Made by a program: the position numbers and the translations under genes. The notes under the pieces are model-generated. The model was not told the DNA's origin. It made no database searches and saw only the letters and a program-made list of their open reading frames with translations. From contig CAZWLE010000002.1 in assembly GCA_964634305.1 (NCBI GenBank), positions 921 through 64,920 of the forward strand: DNA of 64,000 nt. Direction: 5' to 3'. Each line of letters starts with the position of its first letter. The stretch's first letter is position 1. The stretch is from an uncultured Candidatus Saccharibacteria bacterium. GTDB lineage: Bacteria > Patescibacteriota > Minisyncoccia > Phycocordibacterales > Phycocordibacteraceae. Positions 59,357-64,000 of this stretch are shown one piece after another.

Positions 59357-61696
59357 ATGCTGGTACGATTGCTATACTACGGACATATGGTCAGCAGAGC
59401 AGCAGTCCTCATGGTGCTTCTAGGTATCGTCGGTACCACGTTTGCGCCGTCGCTTCACGCACAGGAAGCACCCGTACCCGAGCTACTGACGAGTACGCTT
59501 TCCAGAGGCGACGAATCAGCAGAGGTGCGATTGTTGCAGGAGTGGCTTGGTATCGAAGCACCAAACGGCATCTATGGTGATGCAACCGTTGCTGCGGTGG
59601 AGGCATACCAAGAAGAACAGCGGGTGATACTCCTTAGTCCATCCGGTGACCTTGGGTATGGCATTGTTGGACCGCTTACGCGCGCAAGTCTCAATAGTGA
59701 ATTCTCAAACACGCAAGGCGGTACGCCGCTCGTCGAGGCAGCATACGGTGATGCAGCAAAATTCGATGGCACCTCATTTGTACCGTTTACCGAAGCAACG
59801 TACGAAGTAAGCGGCACACTGACGAGTCGTATGGATGTATGGGTAAAGCCGACTGCACTCACGGATTACGACACCATACTCTTCACTAACGAAGACAATC
59901 ACCGGATTGGCCTTACGGAGAATGGAAAGATATTTGCTGATGCACCGGCTGGTCGTGCTATCACCAAACGCGCGTACATAACGGCAGGGGAGTGGCAGCA
60001 TCTTTCTATTCTCTATACCCGTGATGATGCGGTGTTCCTCCATAACAATCAGGTGGTTGAAATAGTCCCGCTTACGACGGTTGGTGTCATTCCAACCTTC
60101 TTCGAGCGATTCTTTAAATCTGCATCGGATTCCATAGTGTCCATTTTTACTCCAAAGACGAAAATGACACCTACGACGATGCTTGAGCGTAGTGAATATA
60201 CCGGTGAAGCACCAAAAGCACCTGGCATCTTTGGCTCCATCGTTTCTTTTGCTAAAGGTCTTTTTGGGGGTGATACCGGCACGACTCCCTCTGAGCCGGT
60301 CCCTGCGGCCGGTCCGGTAGTGCTTGAGCCAGCACCAGTAGTGGTAGAGCCGGCGGTTGAACCAGCGCCCGTTCTCCCGGTGATTCCAACCAAGCCGCTC
60401 ACATCGCCATTACAGCCAAAGCCGTCTGACACCGCACCGCTTATTACGACAACGGTTGTGACGGTACCCGCGACAACGACTACTAGTACAAGCACCGCTA
60501 CTTCTACGACGACCGTCATTGCAAGTGCAGGCAGCACTACCACTGTATCGACTACGAGCGGGTCAAAAGGTTCCTCAGGTGGTGGTTCAGTCAGAAATTC
60601 AACGCCTGTTATTAAGCTCGTAGGTAGTTCGAAAGTAACGATACAGCTTGGTGAAATTTATACCGACCCAGGCGCCTCTGCCGAAGATAAAGAAGATGGT
60701 GATATCTCAAATAACGTGGTCATTGGTGGTGATGTTGTTGATCATAATGATGCTGGCACCTATATCATCACGTATAACGTCACTGACTCGAGTGGTACAA
60801 AAGCAAAAGAAGTAAAACGCACCGTAATCGTTAAAGCGCCACCAAGTCTCTCTCAGGGAGAACAGGAGCCAGAATATCCGCTTGGACCTGCAGGACAGTC
60901 AGTGTCACTTTCCGTTTCAAACGCCTCAGGCGCAGATCCGAAATTCTCATCGGTTGATATCTCGCCGCTTCATGTGTACGTAGGTGATACACAAACCTTT
61001 ACAGTGAAAGTCAGCTCGGCTAGCGGAATTGATTCGGTGACTGCAGTGACGAAACTCGATACCTCAACGCATACGCTTCCACTCGTTGAGACATCACCTG
61101 GTACGTACTCAGCATCATGGGTGGTGCATGACACACACACGCAGATTTACCGCACCAAGTTCACTGCCGTAAACGGGAACGGCGATACGAACTCGGTAAC
61201 TATGGCATGGTCCGATCCGTGTTCAGGTATTACGCAAGGCAGTAATGGATCGTTGAGTGCCGATTGTGCTGTTTCGATTGTAGACGGTCTTGATTCCGGA
61301 ACGTTAACTATTCCCGCAGGCCGTACTTTGACCATTAATAACGGCGGTACGTGGGCATTTAATCCCGGCACTTCTATTATCGTTGACGGCGCAATCGTAA
61401 AGGCAAGCGGTGGGCAGTTGAAGAAGGGATACCTTTACTATGTAGGTGCCACCAATGCTTCCGCAAATACGGGGACCATGGTCTTCGATACAGCGTCGAG
61501 CTTGTCAGGCCATGTACGTGTTGGTACCTACACGCAAGCGTCTTACTACAGCCAAGGCTACTATCAGGGGTATTACTACGGCCAGGGATATTACCAAGGC
61601 TATTATTATGGCCAAGGCTACTACTACGGTCAGGGCTATTACTATGGCCAAGGGTATTATGAATCTCAGTACTACTCTCAGGTGATGTACAAATAA
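59357..61696 (+). CDS. Exported multidomain protein: signal/TM, a PG_binding_1-like domain, a LamG/ConA-like domain, a Pro/Thr/Ser-rich linker, an Ig-like (DUF5011-like) domain, a beta-rich region, and a C-terminal Tyr/Gly-rich (GQGYYY)n tail.
   Basis: LSRGDESAEVRLLQEWLGIEAPNGIYGDATVAAVEAYQ (PG_binding_1-like). DGTSFVPF...GEWQHLSILYTRDDAVFLHNNQVV (LamG-like). PVIKLVGSSKVTIQLGEIYTDPGASAEDKEDGDIS...YNVTDSSGTKA (Ig-like/DUF5011-like). C-terminus SQGYYQGYYYGQGYYQGYYYGQGYYYGQGYYYGQGYYESQYYSQ. Confidence 0.8.
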   Translation: MLVRLLYYGHMVSRAAVLMVLLGIVGTTFAPSLHAQEAPVPELLTSTLSRGDESAEVRLLQEWLGIEAPNGIYGDATVAAVEAYQEEQRVILLSPSGDLGYGIVGPLTRASLNSEFSNTQGGTPLVEAAYGDAAKFDGTSFVPFTEATYEVSGTLTSRMDVWVKPTALTDYDTILFTNEDNHRIGLTENGKIFADAPAGRAITKRAYITAGEWQHLSILYTRDDAVFLHNNQVVEIVPLTTVGVIPTFFERFFKSASDSIVSIFTPKTKMTPTTMLERSEYTGEAPKAPGIFGSIVSFAKGLFGGDTGTTPSEPVPAAGPVVLEPAPVVVEPAVEPAPVLPVIPTKPLTSPLQPKPSDTAPLITTTVVTVPATTTTSTSTATSTTTVIASAGSTTTVSTTSGSKGSSGGGSVRNSTPVIKLVGSSKVTIQLGEIYTDPGASAEDKEDGDISNNVVIGGDVVDHNDAGTYIITYNVTDSSGTKAKEVKRTVIVKAPPSLSQGEQEPEYPLGPAGQSVSLSVSNASGADPKFSSVDISPLHVYVGDTQTFTVKVSSASGIDSVTAVTKLDTSTHTLPLVETSPGTYSASWVVHDTHTQIYRTKFTAVNGNGDTNSVTMAWSDPCSGITQGSNGSLSADCAVSIVDGLDSGTLTIPAGRTLTINNGGTWAFNPGTSIIVDGAIVKASGGQLKKGYLYYVGATNASANTGTMVFDTASSLSGHVRVGTYTQASYYSQGYYQGYYYGQGYYQGYYYGQGYYYGQGYYYGQGYYESQYYSQVMYK

Positions 61697-61738
61697 GGGC
61701 TGCTTTAGGGGCTGCGCGAAAACGGGTACAATGCCCTC

Positions 61739-62947
61739 ATGATTGAGCGGCGCCGGCTCCTTTTTTCACTCGCATTCCTTCTGGTTGTAGGGTCTATAGG
61801 CGCTGTCGGGCTTTGGTACGAACGACAGCAGCAGACCTACCCTGAGATGGCCGAGCTTGCTGCAAGCAACCGTACATTCCAAGAATATTCGGATTATTTC
61901 CGCCGCCTCTCGGAAGAGAAAGGTGCTGAATATGCCTATCAGGTATTACTGCGTGCACCTCTTGCGACAGGGACTGATTTGCACCTTCTTGGTCATGTCG
62001 TCGGCGATATGCTCTATAAGCAGCAGGGCATTAAAGGCATCAATAGTTGTACACAGGATTTTCGTAACGCGTGCTCGCATTCAGTGGTTATTGGCATACT
62101 GAGTGAACATGGTGAAGGCGCGTTGAGTGAAATAGCAGCAACGTGCAAGAAGGCACCAGGAGGGCAAGGCGCATATACGATGTGCTTCCATGGTCTTGGA
62201 CACGGTGTCCTTGCGTACAACGGATATCGCCTTGAGCGCGCCGTAGAGATGTGCAAATTAACTGGCACGCCTGAATACGGGTATCAGGAATACGCACAAT
62301 GTGTCGGTGGCGCCAGTATGGAGATGGTGGCAGGCGTACACGATCGAGAAGTATGGCAGAGCCAGTACGGGAATTATTTTAGTGACACCGACCCGCTCGC
62401 TCCATGTAACCAAACATATATGGATGACGCGGTACGTCCATTTTGTTACATGCACCTGACGCCACGGCTGTTTGAAGCAGCAGGTATGGACCTGGGTGCA
62501 CCCGACCCGTCAGTGCTTCCAGAAGCTTTTTCCTATTGTGATGCCATTCCTGTTACCGATGAGCGAGATAGAGCAGCGTGCTATGGCGGGTTTGGTAAGG
62601 AATTCATTGTGCTTGCACAATGGCGCGATATTCGCCAAATAAGTGAAACCGACGAGGCAACGCTCCGTACCGTACGCGAATGGTGTGCGTACGCGGGTGA
62701 CGAGACGGGAGAAGATGACTGTAACTCGTCAGCGCTCGACTCGTTATATTGGGGAGGAGAGATTGAACCAGACGCCGCGTTTCGTTTTTGTGCGATTGCA
62801 GAAGGAGGTGAACAGGCTGCGTGTTACGACAAACTTGCGACGCTGACTAGCTATTTCCTCCCGAAAGGATTGAAGCGTCATGCGGTGTGTGAACGATTGC
62901 CGGAAGAATATCAGGAACGATGTAAAGCTATGGATACCGGCATATGA
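61739..62947 (+). CDS. Cys/His-rich membrane-anchored exported protein, unknown family; paralog of the next gene.
   Basis: N-terminal TM LLFSLAFLLVVGSIGAVGLW. 18 Cys. Shared motifs with 62944 include LLGHVVGDMLY / LLGEAIYD and CFHGLGHG / CQHGLGHG. Confidence 0.7.
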   Translation: MIERRRLLFSLAFLLVVGSIGAVGLWYERQQQTYPEMAELAASNRTFQEYSDYFRRLSEEKGAEYAYQVLLRAPLATGTDLHLLGHVVGDMLYKQQGIKGINSCTQDFRNACSHSVVIGILSEHGEGALSEIAATCKKAPGGQGAYTMCFHGLGHGVLAYNGYRLERAVEMCKLTGTPEYGYQEYAQCVGGASMEMVAGVHDREVWQSQYGNYFSDTDPLAPCNQTYMDDAVRPFCYMHLTPRLFEAAGMDLGAPDPSVLPEAFSYCDAIPVTDERDRAACYGGFGKEFIVLAQWRDIRQISETDEATLRTVREWCAYAGDETGEDDCNSSALDSLYWGGEIEPDAAFRFCAIAEGGEQAACYDKLATLTSYFLPKGLKRHAVCERLPEEYQERCKAMDTGI

Positions 62948-63924
62948 CGGCCCGCACGTATATCCGCACAGCCCTGGTGATTGGCCTTCTTGCTCTCGGT
63001 ATCTATGCGATGGTGCAGTATGTTCGCCCAGAACCAGTTGTCAGTTCTGTGTCTGCTACGCGTGAGGGTATTGAAGCGTTGGTAAAAAAAGAAGGTCCTG
63101 CAGATGCCTACGTAGTGCTCAAGAAACAGTACGCGGGTACCAACTACGATTTACAGCACAACGTATCGCATCTTCTTGGGGAAGCTATTTACGATGCTGA
63201 CGGTCTTGCGGCGGTGCGCGTATGCGATGCAGAGTTTAACTACGGGTGCTATCACGGCTTCTTTAAGAGAGCGGTATCCGAACAGGGCGTCAGTGTTCTA
63301 CAGGAGCTCGATGGCGAGTGTGCGCAGTTTACTGACGGACGTTCGTCACAATGCCAGCACGGACTTGGTCACGGACTCATTGAGTTCTTTGGCATGAAAG
63401 GACTACCGAAGGCACTGGAAGCATGCGCAACCCTTCCACAACCAGACCCAGTCGCGGGATGCTCGTCGGGTGTCTTCATGGGTTACAACTTACGATTCGA
63501 GCCAACGGGGAAGGATGGCTTTATAACCGTGGCGCGTCCGATTGCGTCTGGTGAATCGGCATACACTCCATGCGATACGGTAGCTGAATCGTTTGCCGAA
63601 TCCTGTTACTACCAACTACCACAGTGGTGGAACCAGGTGTTCGATAAGGACTTCTCAAAATTTGGGTCACTCTGTGCGGCTCTCTCAAGTGACGTGGTGC
63701 GGTCGCGATGCTTCCAAGGCATCGGCAACATCGCAGCCTCGTCTGGAGGATATGACGTCGCGCGTACCAAGGAACTCTGTGCACTCATGCCAAGTGCTGA
63801 AGGAGAGGCAACGTGTGTGGTCGTTGCAAGTTGGGCATTTGAGAAAAATATCTTTGACCACGAGAAAGCACTCGAGATGTGTGCAGACGTTGCGCCAGAC
63901 GCAAAAACCTATTGTCCTGTATGA
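62944..63924 (+). CDS. Cys/His-rich membrane-anchored exported protein; paralog of 61739.
   Basis: N-terminal TM ALVIGLLALGIYAMV. Conserved CxHGLGHG motif and a similar Cys spacing. ATGA start/stop overlap with the next gene. Confidence 0.7.
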   Translation: MTARTYIRTALVIGLLALGIYAMVQYVRPEPVVSSVSATREGIEALVKKEGPADAYVVLKKQYAGTNYDLQHNVSHLLGEAIYDADGLAAVRVCDAEFNYGCYHGFFKRAVSEQGVSVLQELDGECAQFTDGRSSQCQHGLGHGLIEFFGMKGLPKALEACATLPQPDPVAGCSSGVFMGYNLRFEPTGKDGFITVARPIASGESAYTPCDTVAESFAESCYYQLPQWWNQVFDKDFSKFGSLCAALSSDVVRSRCFQGIGNIAASSGGYDVARTKELCALMPSAEGEATCVVVASWAFEKNIFDHEKALEMCADVAPDAKTYCPV

Positions 63925-64000
63925 CGTCTCGCTCCTACACCTATATAGGTATCGCACTTGCAGCGCTCGTAGGTGGATGGCTCATCCTGCATGCTCTGTA
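63921..64000 (+). CDS. Partial CDS (3' end outside window) beginning with a TM-like segment.
   Basis: ATG at 63921 overlapping the upstream TGA; encodes MTSRSYTYIGIALAALVGGWLILHAL... Confidence 0.4.
   Translation, partial: MTSRSYTYIGIALAALVGGWLILHAL

Noticed and set aside
61538-61693. The (GQGYYY)n tail as a simple-sequence slippage artefact.
   Set aside because: Codon usage varies synonymously between repeat units, which argues for protein-level selection rather than recent DNA slippage. The region was kept as a real feature.

Overview
This 64-kb window looks like a compact, high-coding-density genome of a Patescibacteria/CPR-like bacterium: short intergenic gaps, overlapping start/stop codons, no obvious Shine-Dalgarno sequences, AT-rich leaders in a ~55% GC background. 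That taxonomic placement is inference only. Four blocks are visible. (1) A peptidoglycan-precursor block, murD–DUF218–murI–murC, followed by rsmI, some orphan proteins and a TraD/VirD4-like ATPase. (2) A ~25-kb cell-surface glycan cluster (8.8–34.1 kb). It holds several NAD-dependent epimerase/dehydratases, a Gfo/Idh/MocA oxidoreductase, two TylCIII-type sugar C-methyltransferases, a FdtA-like cupin, a DegT aminotransferase, gmd, 7–8 glycosyltransferases including an exostosin-like one, an acyltransferase-3, a YvcK-like protein, a truncated UDP-glucose-dehydrogenase-like protein, three or four class-I methyltransferases, a Wzx flippase and a Wzy_C/PglL-like ligase with a TPR tail. (3) Housekeeping genes murB, secA, obg and gatB. 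secA is preceded by a 24-aa poly-lysine micro-ORF plus an intrinsic terminator, which may act as an attenuator. (4) The most unusual region runs from 40.5 kb to the end of the window: a co-directional module built around a 5,039-aa Ser/Thr/Gly/Ala/Asn-rich protein with mosaic internal repeats. That protein has an N-terminal excisionase-like HTH, one TM anchor, periodic Cys-pair modules and an acidic Gly-rich tail. An upstream small protein shares its N-terminal HTH. Downstream are a 783-aa mini-paralog with the same C-terminal domain, a protein with a peptidoglycan-binding domain, a LamG domain, an Ig-like domain and a Tyr/Gly-rich (YGQGYYY) tail, and two Cys/His-rich paralogs. I read this as a candidate, apparently undescribed, cell-surface attachment/envelope system, possibly O-glycosylated by the adjacent glycan cluster. 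I found no rRNA, tRNA or CRISPR features. All domain assignments come from reading motifs by eye and from memory of family signatures; none was checked by search.
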